The position numbers and the translations under genes are program-made. From contig MCBE01000110.1 in the NCBI GenBank assembly GCA_001723845.1, positions 1 to 62,700 of the forward strand: a DNA stretch of 62,700 nucleotides, given 5' to 3'. Source of the stretch: Candidatus Altiarchaeales archaeon WOR_SM1_SCG. GTDB lineage: Archaea > Altiarchaeota > Altiarchaeia > IMC4 > WOR-SM1-SCG. The number at the start of each line of letters is the position of its first letter. The stretch's first letter is position 1. Shown here in pieces: positions 20,101 to 28,543 of the stretch. The notes under the pieces were generated by a model. The model saw only the letters and a program-made list of their open reading frames with translations. It was not told the origin of the DNA and did no database searches.

Positions 20101-23100
20101 CCGACTTCAAGTAATGTCCACATCAATCTCTGCTTTCCGAGATAATCCACCGGGTCGTGTGTCTGTATATAAAGATTTGTCCAGTTCCAGTTCTTTTCCC
20201 CGATACCCCATACACCGTTGGGGTAATTGGGGTCGGTGCTGTTTCTTATGGTAATATTTGCATATCCTGTGTAGTTCAGAAACTGCGGGAGGTCATCGCC
20301 GACATCCATATAATCCCATGTAAAATTCTGGATTGATGAAAAATTAATGAATATTTTGCCGGTTTCCCCCACCGTAAAAACTATGGTGCTTCCGTTCTCG
20401 CTTGCAAGATTGCCCTCTGAATCAGCCATGTCTTTTTCTATCCCGGAACTTTCAACGCTTGCAAACCCGAAGCAGACCTGACCGGTAGAGTTGTGATTGG
20501 TAAGAATCTCCCATGTCGTTTCATTATATGTTATCGCCTGGTATGTTATGTTTACGCAGTTTGTCAGGTTCCCGAGCCGGCTGTCGTTTGCATGCAGGGT
20601 GAACTTGATTTCATTATCACTAAGCCGGCTAATATTCCTGAGATATGAATTGGTGATATAAGAAATATTAATTACGGTAAATTCCGATTTATTATCTGCC
20701 GATGGACAGGTAACGCCTGAAACATTAAGAGTCACATTATCATAACCCGTAACCGGAAGACCTGTTGTCCGGTTATATCTCGTGTAAGTCGCGTTTTTAT
20801 TGCACAAATAAGTTATATTCAAACCCCCGGTATAAGTATAATAATCCAGCAGGGTAACATTAACCATATAGATAAGCGGGTTTAAATCCCCGAATGTTAA
20901 TCTTACTTCCATATCGGATTCATTGAGTACTACTCTCGGACCGACCGATTTTTCAATCCATACATTTGGCGTCGTTATAGCGACTTCTTCATGGATTGTA
21001 GAATTTCTAACATCTGTAGCATAAGGAGAGCAATAATTATAATCAACATCTAAAGCAGGTCTTACAAAACCATCCGGGTTTATATATCTCAGGTGTGTCT
21101 CGTAGGTAAATCCAAGCGTTTCGCCGATATATGTTGCTTCCGCACCCCCGGTTCCCCCGAGAGTACCTAAATAAAAGTATATGTGGGTTTCCGGCCAGGG
21201 CAGTGTGGATCCGGGAACTTCAACCTCCCTGATGCAAACTATTGGATCAGGCGTGCTTGCATTGAATGCTTCATGAATATCTTCCGGCTCGCAGGAGTCG
21301 TTAACATCAAAAACAATGGTAACATTATCCGTGATTTCCTGTTTCCCGTAATCATTATGCAGGAACCATATTCTTAAGGTATTGATGTAAAATTTGAGTT
21401 CCTGCGGGATGGTATGATCAACAAAAACATAGTCTGCAGCCTTAGCGCCGACATTCGTAACATTTCCAGTGATATTTGTATTGTCGCCGACAAGCAGGGC
21501 GGTATCGCTGACCTCCAGGTTGGTGATGAGATACGGGCTTACTGATTCTATTGGGGAATTTGAGCACGGGGAGGATGCGATTCTATAGGGCTTCACCGGC
21601 TTATCGGATGTGAACCTCAGCCCGGTATCCCGCCCCCAGCTGCCATCTAATGACCCGTTTGCATACACGCCGTCCGTACCGCTCATGTGTATCATCCCGC
21701 GGGAGTTCAGTATAAATGAATGGAGGCATGATACCCCACCCGATTGTGTATTTACCCATCTTAACTGTATCCTGCCGTCCAAAAAGAACCCGAAGGTGTA
21801 GCCGACTGTGTTGTTGTTCGCCCATAATGTCAGGGTGTTTCCCCCGGTAATTAAAGCGGTCATGTTCATGCCGGTTATGTTTATTGTCGCATTATAGGTG
21901 TTAGCACTGTCTCCCGAGTACATACTCTGGCAGTTTGTCAGGGTGTATATACCTGTACCTGGGTTTTGAACGGAACTTGCCGTGGTGCAGCTGACTGTCA
22001 TATTGCTCGCTACCGACTGGTTGTTGTATAGTATTATGGTTGTGTTCACCGCCTGGAAACCCAGCGGGTAGTTCAATGTGCCTCCCACATAATTATAAGC
22101 ATACTCGGTAGTATCACCGCGGTTGAAACAAACGGTTGAGGAATGATTGAATGTCATAACGGTTGGTGGGTAGCAGTCAACCTGGTACCATGTCCAGGAT
22201 GCCCCGCCGACCTCGCCGCCGTGAGCTGCAACATCATTGAAGTTATAGTGCATGAAAAACGGGAACTCAAAACTCTTATCACCGTAACCGACGGGAGGGG
22301 TGCGGGAATAGAGATGGTTCTTGTGGAACTCACTAGGGCTTGCACTGGGGCTGTCAAAACTGTGAACATTTGACATCCCGCCTGCAACAGCACTTATATC
22401 CTCCGTGCAGTTCAGCCGGCAGTGAGGAGGAGGAGTGGCACTTGGATTGTAGCCGGAACTTTCAAGATAACCTGATGTGTGGGGCAGGATAGTCAATGTG
22501 TCTTCAATAATGCTTCCCGGCAGCAGAACTGTAAAGGTGTGAGTCGGATCATCTACCCGTGACGACTGGTTGCACGAGAAAGTGCAATCAGCACTGTTAT
22601 CCGACGGGTTAAAAACATTCACCCCCACATAATAAGTTGCAGTACTGGCACTTGCGTATCCCACCCCGAAGACATAATGCTTGCCCAGAAGCAGTCCCGT
22701 GTCATAAGCGCCAAGCCAGTTCATTGTGTCAATGTGGTGCAGGTGCTGGATAATGTGTACTTCGCCGCACGATGCTGTTATAATAGCCGTGGTTGAATTA
22801 AGACCCGGGGAAGAATTCCCCGTCGGGGCGACATTCACATGACGGCATACAACATCTTCAAGAACGCCGTTTCCTGTGATATTGAAGATTATGTTACCTG
22901 CGGGAAGACCGCTGAACTGTGACTCCTCGCCGGTGGAAGCGTTGATCGGCATAATCGTAACAGTCACCGTACCGTTGTGCGAGGTGCAGATATCAACAGC
23001 CTGGGGGCTGTAAGAAAGGTCCCAGGGACCCGCATTGTAATCCGGCCAGTGGATGATGAATTCATCTGAAAGGAACCTACCCTCTGTAGCGGGCGGGGAC

Positions 23101-23459
23101 CTCAGCGCGCCGAATGCACCTACATAAAGGTATCCTGTATCGTTTGCATATATATGTACAAAATAATGTTCTGACTGCTGCCTGCTTATGTCTCTTGCCT
23201 CCCCCTTATCCACCACCTCGGAGTATAACAGAACCTCAGAGCCGTTGTCCGTAATCCTGTAGAATGAAATATTAGTATTATTATTAAATGGTATGAAAGA
23301 TATAAAACCCATGTGGTTGGTAACACCCGTAACATCCGCTGTCCAGCCGTTCAGCGGGTACACCACGAACTCCGAGCCGATTAAACCGGTGTATCCTTCA
23401 GCATACTGTGCTGCCAGCACGACAAGCGCTATTAACGCGTAAAGGCGTATGTTTCTCAT
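14157..23459 (-). CDS. 3100-aa giant surface glycoprotein with many DUF11-like (conserved repeat) Ig-type domains
   Basis: Signal peptide; recurrent L.I.K...AEPGD.V.Y.I.I.N.G...AYNV.V.D.LP.GF motif; two C-terminal GWNLI...KGYW repeats; dense N-x-S/T sequons. Confidence 0.9.
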   Translation of the reverse strand: MRNIRLYALIALVVLAAQYAEGYTGLIGSEFVVYPLNGWTADVTGVTNHMGFISFIPFNNNTNISFYRITDNGSEVLLYSEVVDKGEARDISRQQSEHYFVHIYANDTGYLYVGAFGALRSPPATEGRFLSDEFIIHWPDYNAGPWDLSYSPQAVDICTSHNGTVTVTIMPINASTGEESQFSGLPAGNIIFNITGNGVLEDVVCRHVNVAPTGNSSPGLNSTTAIITASCGEVHIIQHLHHIDTMNWLGAYDTGLLLGKHYVFGVGYASASTATYYVGVNVFNPSDNSADCTFSCNQSSRVDDPTHTFTVLLPGSIIEDTLTILPHTSGYLESSGYNPSATPPPHCRLNCTEDISAVAGGMSNVHSFDSPSASPSEFHKNHLYSRTPPVGYGDKSFEFPFFMHYNFNDVAAHGGEVGGASWTWYQVDCYPPTVMTFNHSSTVCFNRGDTTEYAYNYVGGTLNYPLGFQAVNTTIILYNNQSVASNMTVSCTTASSVQNPGTGIYTLTNCQSMYSGDSANTYNATINITGMNMTALITGGNTLTLWANNNTVGYTFGFFLDGRIQLRWVNTQSGGVSCLHSFILNSRGMIHMSGTDGVYANGSLDGSWGRDTGLRFTSDKPVKPYRIASSPCSNSPIESVSPYLITNLEVSDTALLVGDNTNITGNVTNVGAKAADYVFVDHTIPQELKFYINTLRIWFLHNDYGKQEITDNVTIVFDVNDSCEPEDIHEAFNASTPDPIVCIREVEVPGSTLPWPETHIYFYLGTLGGTGGAEATYIGETLGFTYETHLRYINPDGFVRPALDVDYNYCSPYATDVRNSTIHEEVAITTPNVWIEKSVGPRVVLNESDMEVRLTFGDLNPLIYMVNVTLLDYYTYTGGLNITYLCNKNATYTRYNRTTGLPVTGYDNVTLNVSGVTCPSADNKSEFTVINISYITNSYLRNISRLSDNEIKFTLHANDSRLGNLTNCVNITYQAITYNETTWEILTNHNSTGQVCFGFASVESSGIEKDMADSEGNLASENGSTIVFTVGETGKIFINFSSIQNFTWDYMDVGDDLPQFLNYTGYANITIRNSTDPNYPNGVWGIGEKNWNWTNLYIQTHDPVDYLGKQRLMWTLLEVGNMTNWLLEIEVQAIDMFNGTASNWTIEDLNYGFMHGVYFSEEIFPFATPVFVIQFYPSLPGMNITKTITNMTRNYENGSGYPGGPLEPGDYADYSILVTNTGNVTFYNLTVWDEMPINTTLIAWTNYTTSNGSVTNYSIGRIYYWNITDGTLEPGEYWQINFTLYVHSNASFVENNTANVCADALVGETSCLSYTTPEIPVVHPNLTIEKYVGDWQELITAEPGDEFNFTIIIENPSHAHAYNVTLNDTLPPWFRYANKSYIVNYSGNDILIGEGNVSVGRTVSVGQNITWNIDWYSEMWHSGYSKFLVPTNFTNVLEPGENITIKFTVHVMSNATPLINTNWACTNGTDNPAEPPWGLIPEGGGHICDYAQVEVHHPELTLTKTGNATDAEPGDIVEYTITIHNPSLATAYDITISDDLQHGFRLISNGTLTFWNGTVMNITINETLNETNPPAGSTIYWNYTIPYIPPTKSVTLIYNTSVTSDAKCGINIVTVNYHDGDGTQKPYLQDIWEVCPIWRGILTVDKMSIDSLSYPGNNVTYEIILGNSGDGTLYNITLNDTLPGGWEYENNIINLTNSTCNVTHNGSHFIVTGNLSAGAVCRFRYDVSVPGLECFGEYYNYIDAYAYDSNGTILNASSYASTDIVSDVILDVSKNIAGALRYEPGDIIEFIINVSSRGNTTIYDVTVNDTLSIGLEFINCTNASGNEVTTSTTGTPYAGQSVNFSAGNISGNSYKIFYIRANITEDAFEGTNINKVVASGNGPCEPEITDTDFASFAVGIPKLEVHKWADSGSMEPGETMTYHVSIENTGTGTAYNITVTDTLTGMSYVSGSSVFNGSGINDPEESGNTLFWNSTNLNTNLTPGSSVILDFNLTTQTGNCEINMGIDEVYASASNGLENIVSIPDSVEVLIVHPFIEVTKYANVTKAEVGDLINYAIIISNPGQADAYNVIVTDIFQQGFTYISSSPEGDNDSVTNTVTWNLSSLEKNSSITIKCTAQATANTTTPPGVNLVTAAARDFAGCSLVNATDAWSITVYHPAVQVRKHVNISEAQPGDILGYEISVFNPSEALAYNVSVYEFNQTGFYPENWEAGVYELRSNGFKEWLIPLGTINITNATVNRMGIDEIALYFDLSTISNENTIINGNLASYGGITIKFNMTAGANSESGCDEAWALGHYYDNENASSDFDRECVIINHPYLDIEKFSDISTASPGDIVNYEIRITNPNSAKADAKIHGITDDVQDGHTVTSNGTGVLTRTGGSTVDYNFTVNSTMGSVEFTPDAVITLSPGEELILYFNTSVSSGADIRGCDIASYNATDMMNNSIIKKYAGKCVAVLKPGVGIEKLSSITTAEPGSIVEFTLIFENDGESTLYNVTVNDTMSPGWEFLEVTQSITGMNESEQSSAGSSTNNIIIFGNITLNAGEKKTIKYTAIVTDNASGGINENCANITGYDNTNTGYTDEYCISITVYKPALEIVKDVSQHDVEPGSEPLITIIIENPTYATVYNITITEFLPRGFNYTDGTAKLDGRKISDPNWTGIREFECGSNDTGQLNLTWNWTNTNFTDTNTEALVVIPPKTTRILTFRVHVKCNVQNTTFNNTVNVSGVTGNGSQVGPNSTSFEMRGYIADAELYKYASTNSPTFFEYIDYMVVIWNNPAGANIAPLTLADTMPPYIKYVPGYAYVGDLKIEPTVCGDYTDKAAGNYTAQYGGNCSHFHGELLDGNSGDLFNVTGEQTGDGMGEILFWNLSKWLFLTPGQQVSIKYRAQVIPGVGSTARNNVTLSYLDPEHPELCPDCEFNISSSTVIAISGCIDCINSTELNYTLKLEKGWNLISIPIQPDDTSILSILEPIQGKYIDVAAWNNRWQYRSYAYGDWFGDLSEIEPKKGYWLNMKEADNLTISGKTINEFNITLYRGWNLIGWPSTSAFPVQNLTLTYIDLATWEGRWNYRSYAYGDWFGDLSEIKPGKGYWINIPRNDTIAA

Positions 23460-23537
23460 ACCTGTTTTTTTATATTTTTATAAATTTATAATTTTTTTAT
23501 AATTTTTGTTGTATTTTTATTTTTTATATTAATTAAA

Positions 23538-24512
23538 TCATATATAATTTTCACAATATCTCATAATATTGGGGTCCTCGCCATACTCCTTTATCATGCA
23601 ATCACACATTTCGGTGATGTGTGCTGTGTTGTTTGAAACCCCCTTGATCTTGTAATAACATGATGCCCTGTTCCTCCCGGTCAGGTTCCTGCATATCTCA
23701 AATGAAGCGCTTGCATTAATTTCCTTAATCGCCTTGGCGGCGTCTATCTGGCACATATGCGAAAATATATATGAATACCTTTCGGCAGCAAGTGCGCCCT
23801 CGTTACATATATCAAGTGCTTTCCTGTAGTCATATCGAGCAACCTCTTTTGCAACGCCCGGGTAACACGCAAGGCACCCGCCATCTGTATCATTTACGCA
23901 TTCCCTGCACATGAGTGCCGCACCTTCGGAATCATTCCCTGCCATAAATACCGCAGCAGGCGTGTAACAGGAACTATCTTTGATTTTACGGCAAACGGCA
24001 AGCGTTTCATTAACGCCCCTGCGCGCAATAGCATACGCTATGCTTTCATAGCATAACCAGCTGGGTGAGGTAAGGTTACACAGGAAAATAGCGGCATCAC
24101 TATCCGATTTAACAACAACTGACGCCAGTGAAGTATAGCAGTTAAACCATCCTGAAACCATTTTATTGCACAACCCGACGCTTTCATTCAGGCTACTTAT
24201 GTTTTCACCGGTCAGGGTAATCGCTATCTTCTGGAAACAAATACTCCGGTCTGTTTCATTCAGATTACTGCAAACTTCAATTGATTTATTTAAATTCCCC
24301 TGGTAAAAGTAACATTTTGCTCTTTCATCCCATGTTAAATTTTTGCATGAATCGGTTACCTGCTCATCTGAATTTTCACCCGGTGTTTGTAGTTCTACCG
24401 GCTCATGCTGCTCCTGCTCCTGCTGAGGATTGTAATAATTAATTAAAATTAGTCCTGCTGCGGACACCGCTAAAAGCATTACTGCGGTTATCATTTTTGA
24501 TTTTTTATTCAT
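23538..24512 (-). CDS. Membrane-anchored Cys-rich helical repeat protein
   Basis: N-terminal hydrophobic helix; repeated C...CY..IA pattern. Confidence 0.8.
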   Translation of the reverse strand: MNKKSKMITAVMLLAVSAAGLILINYYNPQQEQEQHEPVELQTPGENSDEQVTDSCKNLTWDERAKCYFYQGNLNKSIEVCSNLNETDRSICFQKIAITLTGENISSLNESVGLCNKMVSGWFNCYTSLASVVVKSDSDAAIFLCNLTSPSWLCYESIAYAIARRGVNETLAVCRKIKDSSCYTPAAVFMAGNDSEGAALMCRECVNDTDGGCLACYPGVAKEVARYDYRKALDICNEGALAAERYSYIFSHMCQIDAAKAIKEINASASFEICRNLTGRNRASCYYKIKGVSNNTAHITEMCDCMIKEYGEDPNIMRYCENYI

Positions 24513-25350
24513 TTGTGAACTTTGATCCCGGGTTTGATTTATTAATAATAACTTTGATTAATTTTTCAATTAATTGGTTGTGATTTTCCTGCTGCTTTTC
24601 CATTCTCGCAAGGATTTTTCCCGTGTTTTTGTTTGTCTTTTCTATGCCTTCAACCGCTTTTCCTATCATTTCCGCGATTATCCCGTATTTGACATCCATG
24701 GAGTCAAACTGCCGGGACATATCCTGATGGAAAGAGTGGGTTTCTGTTGTTAAGTTATCCATCTTCCCCCCCAACTCACCTCCCAGGTTATCTATCCTGC
24801 CGCCAAGTATTTTATTCCCGGATTCTGTTTTGTCGGCGAGATTATCTATTTTGCCGCTTATATTTGTGTTCATTTCCTCTATCTTGCCGCCAAGTATTTT
24901 ATTCCCGGATTCTGTTTTGTCGGCGAGATTATCTATTTTGCCGCTTATATTTGTGTTCATTTCCTCTATTTTGCCGCCAACATTGTCTATTTTGCCGCTT
25001 ATATCCGTGTTCATCTCCCTCATGTATCTTGCAGCAGTTGCCATCCTCTCAAATGTTGCCTTTGTTATATCGTCCTCCCAGATGATGTCAAATGTTTTGA
25101 ATTCGCCTGTCGCTTCCGAGTATTTTAATTCTATGTCTTCCACACTTATCGGGTACTGCTTTATTCTTATCCTCTCTATGAATTTATTTATTGTTTTTTT
25201 GTCCCCTTCACAAATTACTCTTACGGTCCCATCATCAAGGTTTTTTGCATTTCCAGTAAGATTTAAATTGAATGCCTGCTCGTCTATGTGGTCCCGGTAT
25301 CCGGCTTGCTGCACTCTTCCTTTTAATATTATTGTTGCTCGTGTTTTCAT
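24505..25350 (-). CDS. Acylphosphatase domain fused to a repetitive coiled-coil
   Basis: GRVQQAGYR...LTGNAKNLDDGTVRVICEG acylphosphatase signature; 29-aa repeat GGKIEEMNTNISGKIDNLADKTESGNKIL. Confidence 0.85.
   Translation of the reverse strand: MKTRATIILKGRVQQAGYRDHIDEQAFNLNLTGNAKNLDDGTVRVICEGDKKTINKFIERIRIKQYPISVEDIELKYSEATGEFKTFDIIWEDDITKATFERMATAARYMREMNTDISGKIDNVGGKIEEMNTNISGKIDNLADKTESGNKILGGKIEEMNTNISGKIDNLADKTESGNKILGGRIDNLGGELGGKMDNLTTETHSFHQDMSRQFDSMDVKYGIIAEMIGKAVEGIEKTNKNTGKILARMEKQQENHNQLIEKLIKVIINKSNPGSKFTNE
24799..24978. repeat. 87-bp near-perfect tandem duplication inside the acylphosphatase fusion
   Basis: GCCGCCAAGTATTTTATTCCCGG recurs at 24799 and 24886. Confidence 0.9.
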
Positions 25351-25391
25351 GTTAATAATTACGAATTTGATTTTTTAATTTCAAAAAAATT

Positions 25392-25560
25392 TTAACATGC
25401 CCCCCGGTCCCATACGCAGCTAAAAGGTAATCGGGGAGATACAACGGCTGCAAACGGCTAATGCCTCCCGCATCCGAGGAAGATGCGGGGGGAATTTAAT
25501 ATGATTAACCGCTGAACCGTTAAACCTTTCAACTGCAAATTTTGGTAAAGGGCATACTAA
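25392..25560 (-). ncRNA. Candidate structured RNA element, long form (copy E), homologous to 13514-13673
   Basis: TTAGTATGCCC/GGGCATGTTAA and TGCAGTTGAAAGG/CCTTTTAGCTGCG pair fully with G-U only on the minus strand. Shares ACCAAAATTTGCAGTTGA, CCTCGGATGCGG and GCCGTT.TA.CTCCCCG with copy A. Confidence 0.55.
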
Positions 25561-26007
25561 ATTTTAAATTTTATGTTTTTGCAAATTTTTTTTAATTTCA
25601 ATTCCGTCAAAAGAGATATAACGGCAAATCTTTTTTCAGGGAGTGAATTGAAACATAAAATAAACTGCATTATTTTTAAATACTCCTTATTTTTCAATCA
25701 CCTCCCTGTTATTTTTATGATTGATTAAATTGATTTGCAAAACAGTTAATTGATGAACAAAAGGCGGTTTAAAAGGACAGAAGAAATAAAACAAATAAAA
25801 CAGGCAGGAACCGGAAAAAGAGTATGAAACACGGGAAATAAACTTAAAGAATTTTACAGAACCTTTTACATTTAACAATAAATCTGATAATAAACATTTA
25901 CAGCTTACTGCTTTTGTACTCCCCGTTTTTTTAAGTTTACTCAACTTGCCGTTATATTTGCCGTTATTTTAAATTTTGACTAAATTTGGGACATATTATA
26001 TAGTCTT

Positions 26008-26037
26008 TTATATATTAGATTGGAACTCTTTATAAAT
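26008..26037. promoter_or_regulatory. Duplicated promoter-like block with a TTTATAAA TATA-like box (copy 1)
   Basis: TTATATATTAGATTGGAACTCTTTATAAAT, 2 mismatches to 28787-28816. Confidence 0.45.
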
Positions 26038-26123
26038 TGATTGAAAATTTTGCATGGAACAGGTGGAACACTTTGAAAAATTTCAATATTATTTCAGGAA
26101 TTTTTTATAAAAATAAAAATAAT

Positions 26124-26150
26124 AAAAAAGAGAGAAGATATACTTCTCCC
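26124..26150 (-). terminator. Hairpin plus U-tract terminator of 26252..26683
   Basis: GGGAGAAG-TATAT-CTTCTCTC-TTTTTT on the minus strand. Confidence 0.65.
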
Positions 26151-26251
26151 TGTCTTTTGATTATTGTTTTAGTTGTTTTTGCACTTTTTACTAAACTCGA
26201 ATGGCTTTACAAGTTGTGTCACCAGAGCTTTAGCAGTATTCACAAGAGGGT

Positions 26252-26683
26252 TTACTCTCCCCCTTCTGATTCTTCACCTCCTTCACCTTCACAGAACTTC
26301 AGTGCCGGTGACTCAAGAACTGCATGTGCTGGAACACACACTTTCGTTGGTTTATGACCAGTTAACTTGGGCCTGCCCTTATCACTAGTATCATATTCGG
26401 TTGGAATCACTATTGCACAGACCCTTTTATGACCCCATGCATCATCCCTCTCCAGATCAACATTCTTAACACTGCAAAGCAGCACTTCAGAATAGTCAAA
26501 ATCATTACTACCATCATGATTGGCAGTATTGCCATTGTACTCATGGTCTTTAAGTACCTCATCAATACTAACAGTGACCATATCTTCAAACTTTGCATCA
26601 TAATCTGCCCCAACCAATGCAGACACTGTAAGTAAAGCCACGGTTACCAGTGCAATACCTATCGCAATATATATATTTTTCAT
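26252..26683 (-). CDS. Small secreted acidic protein
   Basis: Signal peptide MKNIYIAIGIALVTVALLTVSALVGA; 4 Cys; acidic tail. Confidence 0.75.
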   Translation of the reverse strand: MKNIYIAIGIALVTVALLTVSALVGADYDAKFEDMVTVSIDEVLKDHEYNGNTANHDGSNDFDYSEVLLCSVKNVDLERDDAWGHKRVCAIVIPTEYDTSDKGRPKLTGHKPTKVCVPAHAVLESPALKFCEGEGGEESEGGE

Positions 26684-26699
26684 TTTTTGTTTTTTGTCT

Positions 26700-26868
26700 T
26701 TTTAATTTTTCGGATATTTACCTCCGGATGAGACAGGGCTACCATAAGGTGTCCCTGTATACCGCCTCCCCAGCCGGCGGTTCTGCGTCACCGGGGTTTC
26801 TGCACATCCCTGCCCCTTTATTGAACAGGGTAGCACATTGCCCCTCAAACAGAGTATTTTAATTTTTA
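26700..26868 (-). promoter_or_regulatory. GC-rich structured 5' leader (copy 1), candidate cis-regulatory RNA
   Basis: Stems CCCTGTTC/GGGCAGGG, ACCGCC/GGCGGT, ACAGGG/CCCTGT. Near-identical copy at 28544-28712. Confidence 0.6.
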
Positions 26869-26967
26869 TGGTTTTATTATTGAAAATTTATAAATTTTAA
26901 ATTTTATGTTATAATTATTGTATCTGTCTTTATGAATTGATTAAATTATTGGAATTATAAAAATAAT

Positions 26968-26993
26968 AAAAAGAGAGAAGATATACTTCTCCC
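26968..26993 (-). terminator. Hairpin plus U-tract terminator of 27055..28524
   Basis: Same hairpin as 26130-26150. Confidence 0.65.
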
Positions 26994-27054
26994 TGTCTTT
27001 TGGTTATTGTTTTAGTTGTTTTTTACCCGTAGTAAAATTTGATATATCCTGTTA

Positions 27055-28524
27055 TTACTCTTGATCACCACAATATACCGTGTGGTCATCTAAATCGGCT
27101 ACCTTTATGGTTCCATAGTTCCCGAATGCTACCGCTGTATTTTCTAACAGGGGGCAATCACAAGGAGTGATTGTATGGAGCGCACTGAAGGAATGTGTCC
27201 CGCCCTTTGCCAGATTACCAATCGGGTGGTTTAATCCTAATATAGGATCAATTACAAACACATTACTTAAATCTACATTGCCGCAGTTGCTGACTGTAAA
27301 TTCGTAAGTGATTGTACTACCGACCGATACTGCTGTAGTAGGACCGCCCTTGGTTATATTAATACAAGGATTAGGGCATAAAATGCAAACAAGTTCATCA
27401 TCTTCGTCAGATACAATAGTGCCTTGTCCAATTCCTGTTACGGTGGCAACATTTATCGTGCATATCTCTATTTCATAAGTTCCGGTACATATCATGCTTT
27501 CTCCGGGAGCAAGTTCAGTAACTCCTTCACAATCTATTGATTCAATTTTGTCATCCGTCAGTGTAATATCTGTCAAATGAACATTTCCCGTGTTTGTTAT
27601 AGTATAAATGTAATCTACGGAAGTTCCTGAGAATACAAATTCCTCGCTTGCGGTCTTCACAAGATCAATTTCGGGCTCATAAACAGGCACCACGGGACCG
27701 GTGTATATCTTATACGGGGAGTTATGCACATCATGGATTTCTACTTCTCCCAAGCCGTTTCCTTCAAGTACTGAAGCATTAATCTTCCATTCGTAAATCA
27801 TCATAAATTCCCATGGATATGGATCGCTCGCAGTGGGTTCTATTACCACATATTCTCCTGTTTCAAGATATAAATCATAATCTATATCAGGGGACTTCAT
27901 ATCATCCTTATTAGTCGTCACCGGATAACCGGAATTATTTATGTTCCATTCCGTGGATGTTGCGGAATCAAGTATCATCGCCGGGTCGCCAAGCATTACA
28001 TCCGCCTCGCATTTGTCCTGGTAATCACTGTATGGCTTGTAATGCCCGCAGGAAGCGTACATTGGTGTAAGTTTATCGTTCATTGCTATTAAATCTATCC
28101 TGAAATCAAGCACCTCGTTTCCAAGACCGTCATGAATCCTGGCTTTTAAATGGTCGCTTCCTAATAAATCGCCAAATTTGTGCTCGTTTCCTTCCGCTTT
28201 AAAGTCGCCGTTCTTTGTCTGCCATGTCAGGAGTTTGGTTCCCTTTGGTGCATAAGAATTATCATTGACTACATCAGGGTTATATACAAATGCAAAATAG
28301 CAGACACCGTTCTCGCAAGTTTTGTATAATGTTCCAATCCATTCATCGGGTCCTACATCCTGGGTAAAGTAATGCAGTGCTCCGCCGCCGTATTCCGATG
28401 CATCAAGAACGCCGGGTGTATCTCCGATTAAACCGTCAACCGTTGGTGTGGCTGATGTCAGTGCTGCCGCACCTAAAAAGACAAAAAAACAAAGAGCCAT
28501 TGATATTATTTTATTCTTTTTCAT
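27055..28524 (-). CDS. Secreted protein with two C-terminal DUF11-like domains
   Basis: Signal peptide; PEIDLVKTAS...YTITNTGNVHLTDITLTDD and INITK...YEFTVSNCGNVDLSNVFVID. Confidence 0.85.
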   Translation of the reverse strand: MKKNKIISMALCFFVFLGAAALTSATPTVDGLIGDTPGVLDASEYGGGALHYFTQDVGPDEWIGTLYKTCENGVCYFAFVYNPDVVNDNSYAPKGTKLLTWQTKNGDFKAEGNEHKFGDLLGSDHLKARIHDGLGNEVLDFRIDLIAMNDKLTPMYASCGHYKPYSDYQDKCEADVMLGDPAMILDSATSTEWNINNSGYPVTTNKDDMKSPDIDYDLYLETGEYVVIEPTASDPYPWEFMMIYEWKINASVLEGNGLGEVEIHDVHNSPYKIYTGPVVPVYEPEIDLVKTASEEFVFSGTSVDYIYTITNTGNVHLTDITLTDDKIESIDCEGVTELAPGESMICTGTYEIEICTINVATVTGIGQGTIVSDEDDELVCILCPNPCINITKGGPTTAVSVGSTITYEFTVSNCGNVDLSNVFVIDPILGLNHPIGNLAKGGTHSFSALHTITPCDCPLLENTAVAFGNYGTIKVADLDDHTVYCGDQE

Positions 28525-28543
28525 CTTTGGTTTTTTTATATCA

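Noticed and set aside
25687..25944. 85-aa ORF as a real gene
   Set aside because: It has a non-ATG start and low-complexity AT-rich sequence, and lies among repeat remnants.
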